33,062 nt of DNA, from positions 1 to 33,062 of IMG/VR virus record IMGVR_UViG_3300048856_000138; one strand, given 5' to 3'. Shown here one piece after another: positions 25,335 to 33,062 of the stretch. The DNA comes from a virus. Lineage: Duplodnaviria > Caudoviricetes. The notes under the pieces were generated by a model that saw nothing but the letters and a program-made list of their open reading frames with translations, made no database searches and was not told the DNA's origin. Position numbers and translations under genes: made by a program. The first letter of the stretch is position 1; each line of letters begins with the position of its first letter.

Positions 25335-25903
25335 CACAGCCTCCGCATGCGAAAGGGCGCGATCAGGCGCTCGTAGCCATCGGGAATTCCCGCCGGCTGC
25401 TGGTCCGGCGACAGCACGCCGCGGAAGGCGAACATGTGGCCGATATGGATCAGCATCGCCCGCTTCAGCGTATCCGGCACATCGGTCCCGGCCTCGCCAT
25501 AGCCGGCGGAAAAGTCGATCTCGATCCCGTTCAACGCCTGGCCGGGAGCGATCGTCTTGCGCAGCCAAAGCCGCGCCGGTCGTCCCCTGCCGTCGAGCAG
25601 ATGGTCTTCAAGCGACACATCAACCGCAGTGCCTGCAGAATCGTAAATCGTAACGCTCTGAATCGCTTGCACGGGAGACTTGAGGATGCGGATCACGCCA
25701 TCGACTGGCCAGAAGTCGAGATAGAGGCGCCAGGTCTGCGCCATCAGGCACAAGCCCGTCTCGCGCTCCACATGCTCGCGGGCAGTGGAAATCAGCGATC
25801 CGATCAGCGCATCCTCATCGGCACCGTCAAGGCGCAGATGCGCCTTGACCTCGGCAAGCGTCAGCGGTTCCGCCAGGGGCGGAGCGGTCTGGGCATAGGT
25901 CAT
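25334..25903 (-). CDS. GTA head-tail connector/adaptor (g6)
   Basis: 'EPLTLAEVKAHLRLD...ED.LI..LI..ARE.VE..TG', 'GIEIDF.AGYG....VP..L..A'; start ATG 25903. Confidence 0.93.
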   Translation of the reverse strand: MTYAQTAPPLAEPLTLAEVKAHLRLDGADEDALIGSLISTAREHVERETGLCLMAQTWRLYLDFWPVDGVIRILKSPVQAIQSVTIYDSAGTAVDVSLEDHLLDGRGRPARLWLRKTIAPGQALNGIEIDFSAGYGEAGTDVPDTLKRAMLIHIGHMFAFRGVLSPDQQPAGIPDGYERLIAPFRMRRL

Positions 25904-26022
25904 GGGGATCCTCGTCGAAGATGATATCCGGCCCTGCCCCACCCTCTCCCCGTTGATGCGGGAAGACGGTGGGGATGGCCGGATGACAGGCAGTTCCGGC
26001 AAGTGTCGGTGCGCCTGGCCGA

Positions 26023-27312
26023 TCAGCTCACGGCGAACCGCACCAGCTTGATCGCCTCGAAATTCTGCACCCCGCCGCCGACCCGCTTGGTGGTGTAGAA
26101 CAGCACATAGGGCTTGGCGGAATACGGATCGCGCAGGATGCGCACACCTGCCCGATCGACCACGAGATAGCCCGAGCGGAAGTCACCGAAGGCAAGCGAT
26201 GTCGAGCTTGCGGCGATGTCGGGCATCTCCTCGGCTTCTGCGATCGGAAAGCCCATCAGCGAGGCAGGCTGGCCCGCACTTGCCGGCGGCCGCCACAGGT
26301 AGTTGCCGTCGACATCCTTGAACTTGCGGATATCGGCCTGCACCTTGCGGTTCATCATGAACGTACCGTTCTGGCGGTGGCCGGCCTTGAGCGCGTAGAT
26401 CACCTCGACCAGCGTGTCGGAGGGATTGGTCGCCTTCCAGCCGCCGGCAACACCGGTTGCGATATAGCCGAGGCTGCCCCAGGCCCAGCTCGCATCGGCA
26501 ACAGCCGTATAGGCGAGAAAACCCTTCGGCTTGTTTACCCCGTCACCGCGCACGAAGGCATCGCCCTCCTGCTCGGCAAACACGATGTCCACCTCGCCGG
26601 CGATCCAGGCCTCCATGTCGACAGCCGCATCGTCGAGCAGCGCCTGGGTGGCGGCCGGCATGGCGTAGAGTTCCATGGTCGGGAAGGCGAGTTCGGCCAG
26701 AAGCGGCGTATTGGTCTGCGGCCGCGCTGCCGTTTCCGCCACCCAGCCGGTGGTCAGCCCCGTCGTCGAGAACGGTTTCTTCAGGACGGAGGTCGAGACG
26801 GTGCGCACGGTCGAAAGCGCCCGCATCGGCGACACGACGGACACGCGGCGGCCGATTTCCGTGTCGGTCTCCGGCGGCACCAGATAGCCGCCATCGGTTC
26901 CGACCCCGACCGAAAACGCCTTCGCCTCCAGCTCGCGCAGCCCACTGTCCTCGCCGCGACGGATATAGGCGTCGAACCCCGCCTTGTGCTCCAATGCCTC
27001 AGGCGACAGTTCGCCGCCCTGGCCGTAGCCACCGTGACCACCGAGCGGCGGTCGCGCCTTCTTCAGCGCCAGCTGGTCCAGCACCCGTTTCTGGTCGTCC
27101 ATGGCCCGGTTGATGCGGTCCACCTTGTCGCGGGTCACCACGTCCGCGGTCAGCTTTTGCTCGATCTCGCCAAGCCTTCGGTCGTTGACGTCCTTGAAGG
27201 CCTCGAACGCCTCCATGAATTCGTCGAGCGCTGCCGTCACCGTTTCCGGCACGGCTTTCACTTCCGGCGCCACGGCGGCATTTCCAGTTACATGTCCCTG
27301 TCCCGTCATCAT
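26023..27312 (-). CDS. GTA major capsid protein (g5, HK97 fold)
   Basis: 'DGGYLVP', 'ELYAMPAATQ.LLDD', 'G.NKPKGFL', 'RILRDPYSAKPYVLFYTTKRVGGGVQNFEAIK'. Confidence 0.97.
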   Translation of the reverse strand: MMTGQGHVTGNAAVAPEVKAVPETVTAALDEFMEAFEAFKDVNDRRLGEIEQKLTADVVTRDKVDRINRAMDDQKRVLDQLALKKARPPLGGHGGYGQGGELSPEALEHKAGFDAYIRRGEDSGLRELEAKAFSVGVGTDGGYLVPPETDTEIGRRVSVVSPMRALSTVRTVSTSVLKKPFSTTGLTTGWVAETAARPQTNTPLLAELAFPTMELYAMPAATQALLDDAAVDMEAWIAGEVDIVFAEQEGDAFVRGDGVNKPKGFLAYTAVADASWAWGSLGYIATGVAGGWKATNPSDTLVEVIYALKAGHRQNGTFMMNRKVQADIRKFKDVDGNYLWRPPASAGQPASLMGFPIAEAEEMPDIAASSTSLAFGDFRSGYLVVDRAGVRILRDPYSAKPYVLFYTTKRVGGGVQNFEAIKLVRFAVS

Positions 27313-27328
27313 GTCCTGTCCTTCTCTG

Positions 27329-27922
27329 TTAAGCCTTGTTTTGCCTGAACGACGATTTCCGCATCAGGTTTGCCGCCCGCCGCATCTGGCGAACGAGCTC
27401 CGTCTCGCGGTCGCGAAAGAACCGCTGATGCTTGACGTCGGACACCCTGGCCGATGGCAGCATCGGAAAGGTCACGACGGAGATTTCCCACAGATCCGCC
27501 TCGAGAATGCGCCGCACCCCCGTCTTGGCGTCGGTGCGCGCCCGCACGGTTCGAAACCCGATCGAAAGCCCGTCCAGCGCACCGGATTTCATCAGGGAAA
27601 GCACTTCCCGCGATCGGGCGACGCCCGGCGACAGCACGCCCTCGACAAACAGCCCGCGACCATCCTCGCGGATCGTCTTCCAGGCGCCGATCGGCTCGTT
27701 CGGGTCGTGCTGGTAAAGCATGCGCACACCGGTTGCGCCGCGTTCGACCAGCGAGGACAGAAAAGCCCCCCGTTCGATCCGGTCACGACCGAGATCGACC
27801 TCGCCGAACACGCTGGCATAACCGGAAAACGTGCCGTCGCCGGCAATGCCGGCCAGTTCCAGATTGGCGAATTTGCGCACATTCGGGCGCATGGGCGGGC
27901 ATTGCCCGCGGTCAGCGTGCAT
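27329..27922 (-). CDS. GTA HK97-family prohead protease (g4)
   Basis: 'FSGYASVFG..D...D....GAF', 'MLYQHDP.EPIG.W', 'DGLSIGF', 'LWEISVVTFPM'; AGGAG RBS before ATG 27922. Confidence 0.95.
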   Translation of the reverse strand: MHADRGQCPPMRPNVRKFANLELAGIAGDGTFSGYASVFGEVDLGRDRIERGAFLSSLVERGATGVRMLYQHDPNEPIGAWKTIREDGRGLFVEGVLSPGVARSREVLSLMKSGALDGLSIGFRTVRARTDAKTGVRRILEADLWEISVVTFPMLPSARVSDVKHQRFFRDRETELVRQMRRAANLMRKSSFRQNKA

Positions 27923-27998
27923 CGGGATCTCCTGCAATGTCATTGAACCTGTCGAACCCATCCGCGCGCGGCGGAAGGAGGTCGCCGTCGGGAGTGCC

Positions 27999-28325
27999 TT
28001 ACTCCCTGCGGCGCCCGTATCGCTCGGCTAGGCGCGACAGCGCGCCCAGCACCCACCAGGCCGAGAGACTGGCAGCAGCCGATCCGGCCAGCAAGATCTC
28101 CGGCTCGGGAAGCTCCCCGCTGATCCCAAGCCGTGCCATCAGCCAAAGCCCGGCCGGACCGCCGAAGATCAGACCGCAGGCCACCCCGGTCAGAAACCGG
28201 CTCGCCGCCTCGTGCCCGCTTTTCGGCAGGAGATAGACGAGCGAAACGCCCGCACCTGCCACCGCACCAGCGGTCCGCGCAGCCCACACGCCGAGCGTTC
28301 CCGGATCATGCCCAAGGTCAGCCAT
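27999..28325 (-). CDS. Small membrane protein (DUF6107-like) between portal and protease
   Basis: Three hydrophobic segments and a basic C-terminus (RYGRRRE); occupies the g3.5 position. Confidence 0.75.
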   Translation of the reverse strand: MADLGHDPGTLGVWAARTAGAVAGAGVSLVYLLPKSGHEAASRFLTGVACGLIFGGPAGLWLMARLGISGELPEPEILLAGSAAASLSAWWVLGALSRLAERYGRRRE

Positions 28326-28505
28326 CGTTAAACTTTCTGGGTTATGTTGAGAGTGTCAGCCGGAAAGCGGATCTCCATCCGCAACCGCCACGGCCTCGGC
28401 ACGTCTTCACGCGCCACATGAGGCCTTCCGGTTTTCGTCAATCCCCTGAATCGCTTGAGAGAAAGCGTTGACGAGTTGAGTCAGGGGTTTGAGAAGTTGA
28501 GTCTC

Positions 28506-28814
28506 TCAGTTTCCTTCGTCTGCCGGTGCGTCCGCTAATAGATCGGGCGGCAACTGTCGGCCGTGTCGGATGTGGGAAACGGAGACGATCCCCTTCTCCA
28601 TCCTATAGTCGATGACATATTCGCCGGACACGAAACGGCGCCGGCCTTCCAGCGCCTCAATCGGGCTCCCGGCTTGCGGATAGTCCAGCAACAGCCGCAT
28701 CGATCCCCGCAATTGCCGCAGCACCGCTTCGGCGGCGCGCGGATTGAAACGCTCCAGATAACGTTGCTCGCTTCTCAGAAAGAGCGCCGCATCCTTGGAG
28801 AGCCTGATCCGCAT
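28506..28814 (-). CDS. Type II toxin, RelE/ParE family
   Basis: 'IRLSKDA......YL...NP.AA......L......L..YP..G', 'YVIDYR.....V.V..IRHGRQ'; TGATG coupling to the antitoxin. Confidence 0.9.
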   Translation of the reverse strand: MRIRLSKDAALFLRSEQRYLERFNPRAAEAVLRQLRGSMRLLLDYPQAGSPIEALEGRRRFVSGEYVIDYRMEKGIVSVSHIRHGRQLPPDLLADAPADEGN

Positions 28815-29089
28815 CAGGCTGCGTCGCTCTTCTTCTCGTCGAGCACCTCCGCGAAGAACTCCTCCGCATCGACAAATTCGCCGCGCGCAATCTGTTCCTC
28901 GCCCTTGCGGATCTGCAGGATGTCATTCCCCTCCGCCATCAGATAATATTTCAGCGCCCGGACGATCACCCAGCTTCTGCTGCGATCGGATGTCTCGGCG
29001 ATCTTCTCGATGTCGTCGAGAATGTCCTGCGGCACGCGCAGCGTGATCGGGTCCGAGAGAGCGGGCTTTTCGGATTTGGCGTCTGCCAT
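28814..29089 (-). CDS. CopG/ribbon-helix-helix antitoxin
   Basis: 'ITLRVP..ILD.I..IA...DRSRSWVI.RAL..YL', acidic C-terminus 'IARGEFVDAEEF'; GGAG RBS before ATG 29089. Confidence 0.9.
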   Translation of the reverse strand: MADAKSEKPALSDPITLRVPQDILDDIEKIAETSDRSRSWVIVRALKYYLMAEGNDILQIRKGEEQIARGEFVDAEEFFAEVLDEKKSDAA

Positions 29090-29102
29090 GACGATCTCCA
29101 TC

Positions 29103-29121
29103 TGTAATACACCGTATTACA
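29103..29121. promoter_or_regulatory. Putative toxin-antitoxin autorepression operator
   Basis: Perfect inverted repeat TGTAATAC-ACC-GTATTACA just upstream of the antitoxin start. Confidence 0.7.
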
Positions 29122-29149
29122 AATTACACCTTGAGCCGCGATCGCGCAA

Positions 29150-30319
29150 TCACGCCGAATAGCCGACCGCCTCGCGCTTTTCGTCCTCCGTCAGGAAGCC
29201 TGCAGCCCCGATCCGCGCCCACAGCGCCTCGCGCTCGGCCGACAGCCCGGCCACCCGGTCGAGATCCGGCTCCAGCCGAAGTCCCTCCCCAAGCGTATCG
29301 GAAAGCCAGGTGGAAAAGCTTGCGGCCGTGCGGGCAATCAGCGGCAGCACCGTCAGGCGGTAGAAGGCGCGGTTGGCCTCCTGGTAGTTGGCATAGGTAT
29401 TGTCGCCGGGAATGCCGATCAGCATCGGCGGCACGCCGAGCGCCAGCGCGATATCGCGGGCGGCACCGTTCTTTGCCTCGATGAAATCCATGTCCTTTGG
29501 CGAAAGCCCCATCGCCTTCCAGTCCAGCCCGCCTTCCAGAAGCAGCGGCCGGCCGGCATTGACCGCGCCTGAATAGCCCGCCTCCAGTTCGTCCTTCAGC
29601 CGCTGATACTGATCCGCCGAAAGATTGCCGCCGTCTTTCGGCTGGTAGACCAGCGCGCCCGAAGGCCGGGCGGAATTGTCGAGCAGCGCCTTGTTCCAGC
29701 CCGCCGCCGCATTGGAAAGGTCGAGCGCTGCGCCAGCCGCCACCAGCGGCGACAGGCCGCTATGGTCGTCGAGCGGATGAAACAGCTTCAGATGCAGCAG
29801 CCCCGGACCGTCGCGATCCACGGCAAGCCGCCGGGTTACCTGCCCGGCGCGATAATCATAGGCGGCAATCCAGCCGTCGCGGCCCTCGACGACGCTCACC
29901 CGGTCCGGCCGCAGCAGATGCAGTTCGCGCAGGTCGCCGCCAAGCGCCAACGGCTCCACATAGGCATTGCCGGACAAAAGCAGATGCCCGTACAGCGTCT
30001 CGAAGAAATCAGGTCCGCTCTGGCGCCCGTTCGGTCGTGCCAGAAGCGACAGGGCCGGATGATCGGCTGCCTCGCTCGTTCCCCGGTAGGCCAGCCACGG
30101 CACGGCGGCGGCAGCCTCCGCCACCATCCGCATGGCCCGATAAGCGATCGGGTTCTTCATGAACCCGGTCTTTGAGAGCGCCGCATAGGACCGTCCGGAC
30201 CAGTGCGCTGTGCCATCGCCCGACACGATCGCAAAGCCCGACGACAGCCCGGACGCCGCCTTGGTTTCCTGGGGCGGCGCAGTGCGGGCAAGTCCGGGAC
30301 GCCGGAATGGAAATCTCAT
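29150..30319 (-). CDS. GTA portal protein (g3, HK97 family)
   Basis: 'LLLSGNAY', 'ELHLLRPDRV', 'WNKALLDNSARPSGAL', 'LLEGGLDWK.M.LSP.DMDF', 'GIPGDNTYANYQEANRAF'; start ATG 30319. Confidence 0.96.
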   Translation of the reverse strand: MRFPFRRPGLARTAPPQETKAASGLSSGFAIVSGDGTAHWSGRSYAALSKTGFMKNPIAYRAMRMVAEAAAAVPWLAYRGTSEAADHPALSLLARPNGRQSGPDFFETLYGHLLLSGNAYVEPLALGGDLRELHLLRPDRVSVVEGRDGWIAAYDYRAGQVTRRLAVDRDGPGLLHLKLFHPLDDHSGLSPLVAAGAALDLSNAAAGWNKALLDNSARPSGALVYQPKDGGNLSADQYQRLKDELEAGYSGAVNAGRPLLLEGGLDWKAMGLSPKDMDFIEAKNGAARDIALALGVPPMLIGIPGDNTYANYQEANRAFYRLTVLPLIARTAASFSTWLSDTLGEGLRLEPDLDRVAGLSAEREALWARIGAAGFLTEDEKREAVGYSA

Positions 30320-30365
30320 CGTTTCATCCTTCACTCGATCCGGGATCAATTCGCTCTGAAGACGT

Positions 30366-30995
30366 TCAGGCCGCCATCGCCGCATCGTCCCGCAACGCCG
30401 CCGCGAACGCCTTGGCATAGCCAGCCACCAGCGCCGCCCGGTCATTGCCATTAATGATTTTTCGCGCCCCGACCCAGTCCGATTTACCAGGGCCAAAATA
30501 ATCCCCCAGCTTGCGGCCGGTGAAACTGCCGGCCCGCATGCCCTCGATCAGGATTGTTACCGCCACATCCATCTCCATGGCGCGATGAGGTGCCGCGATG
30601 AGATCGATGCCGGTCAGCGCCGACATTTTCTGGTAGTTGCGCCTGTGGGTCAGCTGCACGAGCCCGCGTCCCAGCCAGGTCCGGCCATCGGCATCGTAAC
30701 GCCAGTACGGCGTCTTCACCGTGCGCAGCCGGCCGGCGCGATAAGCGCTTTCCAGCCGCGTCACCGCAAGCTGGTCGGTCTTGGCCAGCGTTTCGCGCAC
30801 CGGCTGCATCGTCGCAGCCGTCTCATGGAACGCGGTCGCCAGAACATAGGCGAGCGCCGCGGCGCCCTCCATAGGCTCACGCGCCTCCCAGGCGTCCAGA
30901 ACAGCAGCCAGCCCGGCCACCTGACCACTTAAGAGACGACCGCTGAAAGGGTTCTGACGCACGCGACCATAGAAAAATCCACGCTCGTATCCCAT
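30366..30995 (-). CDS. GH19/lysozyme-like glycoside hydrolase (endolysin-like)
   Basis: 'LAYVLATAFHET..TMQPVRE', 'GRGLVQLT.R.NY', 'ARKIING.DRA..VA.YA..F'. Confidence 0.88.
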   Translation of the reverse strand: MGYERGFFYGRVRQNPFSGRLLSGQVAGLAAVLDAWEAREPMEGAAALAYVLATAFHETAATMQPVRETLAKTDQLAVTRLESAYRAGRLRTVKTPYWRYDADGRTWLGRGLVQLTHRRNYQKMSALTGIDLIAAPHRAMEMDVAVTILIEGMRAGSFTGRKLGDYFGPGKSDWVGARKIINGNDRAALVAGYAKAFAAALRDDAAMAA

Positions 30996-31096
30996 GTTAA
31001 GCCTATCCCTTTACGGCGTTCGGAGGTTTCAATCGGTTTAGAAAAAACTAAATCGTTTTAGTCGCTTAGGGACGATTTACTTTACATAAAGGATAT

Positions 31097-31121
31097 GGAA
31101 CCAATCCAACCATGCGACGTT
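31097..31121 (+). promoter_or_regulatory. EcfG/RpoE2-type general stress response promoter
   Basis: GGAAC-N16-CGTT, an exact match to the alphaproteobacterial EcfG consensus, about 45 bp upstream of a small ORF. Confidence 0.7.
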
Positions 31122-31167
31122 CATAGGGGCGCACCACCATGATGGTGCAGCGCACAATCCGGAGACC

Positions 31168-31293
31168 ATGATGATGCAGCAGACCGCCCAGACAGCCGCC
31201 GCCAAGTCGGTACCGCAGCACGTCCTCGAGCGCATGGAATCCGAATGGAAGCAGATGCGCGACAGCGCTCCGGTCGTCCCAGCAAAAAGCTGA
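31168..31293 (+). CDS. Unannotated 41-aa small protein
   Basis: GGAGA RBS; MMMQQTAQTAAAKSVPQHVLERMESEWKQMRDSAPVVPAKS; GC3-rich host-like codon usage; ECF promoter upstream. Confidence 0.7.
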   Translation: MMMQQTAQTAAAKSVPQHVLERMESEWKQMRDSAPVVPAKS

Positions 31294-31415
31294 ATTGCAA
31301 CTGCTGGCAGCAGCCGGCATCTAATAAAATGACATCAGAGCGGCCTTCCTCGGGCCGCCTTTTCGTTGATTACAACACCCTAAGAAAAGCTTGTTGGCGA
31401 GAGGGATACCCCACT

Positions 31416-31537
31416 CTCCCTCATCCTCGCCCTTGTGGCGGGGATCCAGCGACCCGACGTCTTTCGGGTCAAGGGACTCTCTGGGCTCAAGGACTTTAGC
31501 TGACTGGATCCTCGCCACAAGGGCGAGGATGAGGGAG
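31416..31537. repeat. Rhizobial palindromic intergenic element (RIME/REP-like)
   Basis: 34-bp arms CTCCCTCATCCTCGCCCTTGTGGCGGGGATCCAG and CTGGATCCTCGCCACAAGGGCGAGGATGAGGGAG with one G-T mismatch; 54-bp spacer. Confidence 0.85.
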
Positions 31538-31670
31538 TTTGGAGCAACCGGCTCGCTCGATTTCAGTGACCTTGAGATTTTCTTGATAGTGCCTTTGCCA
31601 GCAGCCTGTCCGGCCCTCCCGGGGCCGCTTCTTTTTGCTCCGTTCACCAACAGCGCCGCACCGCAACCAA

Positions 31671-33062
31671 TCAGATCCCCCTCACCCGCGGTTCGCCCTG
31701 GCCGTCGAGGACCAGCGCCGTCAGCGCCCAGACCAGCGCGTCCAGCCGGTCCGGCGAGCGTCCCGATGACAGGCCGTTGGGTCCGAAATCGCACATCTGG
31801 TCTTCCAGCTCCGCAAACCGTCCCGCATGCACGACGCGTCCCTGCTCGTAGAGGGCGGCTACCGGTTCTGCGCGGGCAAACTTTCCGCGGGATGCGTGCA
31901 CCACCGTCACCGGCAGGTTGACGTCGATGCTTTTGAGCATCGCCGGCACCATGTCGCCGCCCTGGTTGCCTTCGGCCACGACCCGATCCGCCGAAAACCG
32001 CGCATAGGCCTTCACCACGGCCTTCGCCCAGCCGCCCGGCGTCTGGCCGGTCACAGAACAGTCGGCCAGCACCACCGCCCGGCCAGTCGAACCTTCGCTT
32101 GCCTCGACACCGGCCACGACGATGCCGCAGCAGGAGTTTTCGCCGGATCCCGAGGGCGGATCGACCGCCACCACGATGCGTCGCAAAACTCCGGTGAACC
32201 GCGTCACGCAGGCCTCGAGATCGCCACGCTTCCACAGCGCGTCGTCGCGGTCCTCGATCAGCTCGCCGCCGAGTTCCTGGCGCCCGAGCCGAGTACCCCC
32301 ATAGCGTCGCTCCAGCGCCGCGATAAAACCCGGCGCCAGATTGCCGGCGTTACCGGCGGTGGAAATCTTGACCAGCCGCGTGGCCGGGTCGGCAATCAGC
32401 TGCTTCAGCACCGGCACCGGTCGCGGCGTCGTCGTCACCAGCTGGCGCGGATCGCGTCCCAGCCGCAGACCGAACTGCAGCATGTCGAACGTCTCCTGCG
32501 CATGCTTCCATTTGCCGATCTCGTCGCACCAGGCATAGTGAAACTGCGGTCCGCGCAGGGCTTCAGGATCTTCGGAGGAAAAGATCTGCGCCACCGTGCC
32601 GTTCGGCCAGACCAGCCGTTTGCGTGAAATCTCGAATTCCGGCCAGTGCCGTGCCGCAATCCGGCAGATGCCGGACACACCGTCCACCATCACCTCGCGG
32701 GCATCGCCCAGCGTTTCAGCAACGAGAGCAATGCGAAGATCGGACCGCTCTCCGGCCGAACACGCCAGCGCATGCACCCATTCGGCGCCGGCCCGCGTCT
32801 TGCCGGATCCGCGCCCGCCCATGATCAGCCATGTGCGCCAGTCGCCCTCCGGCGGCCTCTGGCCGGGGAGTGCCGCAAAAGCCCAGTCCCGGTCGAGACC
32901 TGCGACGAATCCGTCGAAAGCGTTCGCTTCCGCGCCAAGCTCGTCACCGCTCTGCGCCTTCGTCGCGTCCGGAGCGCGAGGCACCTCGATCGCACTGGCC
33001 AAAACCCTGCCGGCCTCCAGATTCCGCCCAGTCTTCTCCCTGACATCACCGATATCAGTCAT
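31671..33062 (-). CDS. GTA large terminase subunit (g2); 5' end at the window edge
   Basis: Walker A 'MGGRGSGKTRAGAEWV', 'LRGPQFHYAWCDE', 'VTTTPRP', nuclease 'VVAVDPP' and 'SPDRLDALVWA'. Confidence 0.96.
   Translation of the reverse strand: MTDIGDVREKTGRNLEAGRVLASAIEVPRAPDATKAQSGDELGAEANAFDGFVAGLDRDWAFAALPGQRPPEGDWRTWLIMGGRGSGKTRAGAEWVHALACSAGERSDLRIALVAETLGDAREVMVDGVSGICRIAARHWPEFEISRKRLVWPNGTVAQIFSSEDPEALRGPQFHYAWCDEIGKWKHAQETFDMLQFGLRLGRDPRQLVTTTPRPVPVLKQLIADPATRLVKISTAGNAGNLAPGFIAALERRYGGTRLGRQELGGELIEDRDDALWKRGDLEACVTRFTGVLRRIVVAVDPPSGSGENSCCGIVVAGVEASEGSTGRAVVLADCSVTGQTPGGWAKAVVKAYARFSADRVVAEGNQGGDMVPAMLKSIDVNLPVTVVHASRGKFARAEPVAALYEQGRVVHAGRFAELEDQMCDFGPNGLSSGRSPDRLDALVWALTALVLDGQGEPRVRGI

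Larger units (their letters stand above)
16294..33062 (-). other. RcGTA-like gene transfer agent head-tail cluster (g2-g15)
   Basis: Canonical order: terminase, portal, protease, capsid, adaptor, stopper, terminator, tube, chaperones, short TMP, DUF2460, DUF2163, NlpC/P60, megatron; no replication or integration genes. Confidence 0.93.

Noticed and set aside
28330-28505. Several GANTC sites and a TTAA half-site upstream of the DUF6107-like gene (CcrM/CtrA control)
   Set aside because: No full TTAA-N7-TTAA box; too weak to support a regulatory call.
16294-33062. Interpretation as an intact prophage
   Set aside because: Gene set, order, short tape measure and host-like GC match RcGTA-like clusters; no integrase, replication or repressor genes in the window.
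1-33062. CRISPR array, tRNA or rRNA genes
   Set aside because: No regularly spaced direct repeats or recognisable structural RNA sequences were seen; the CHAT proteases have no adjacent cas genes.

Overview
The window is alphaproteobacterial (Rhizobiaceae-like) DNA with two halves. The right half (about 16.3-33.1 kb, minus strand, GC-rich) is an RcGTA-like gene transfer agent head-tail cluster running from large terminase (g2) to the megatron/baseplate gene (g15). It carries several inserted extras: a GH19 lysin, a ParE/RHH toxin-antitoxin pair, an MFS transporter, a membrane protein, two unannotated small ORFs and palindromic repeats. The g15 gene is cut off after about 711 codons at a palindromic junction near 16294. 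The left half (1-16.3 kb, visibly more AT-rich) is an accessory/defence-type island. It holds an XRE / small protein / metallophosphoesterase / soluble FtsH-like AAA+ protease module, decayed metabolic gene fragments, and a dense block of four caspase-clan proteases in about 9 kb. That block comprises a TIR + caspase operon (type IV Thoeris-like, followed by a decayed second TIR), a metallophosphoesterase + CHAT pair, a SLOG gene divergent from HARE-HTH/NUDIX-like + HEAT-CHAT genes, and a TcpB-like coiled-coil-CHAT fusion. The three CHAT modules are the best candidates for undescribed immune systems. No rRNA, tRNA, CRISPR array or integrase was seen. All family calls come from reading motifs by eye, not from database searches.
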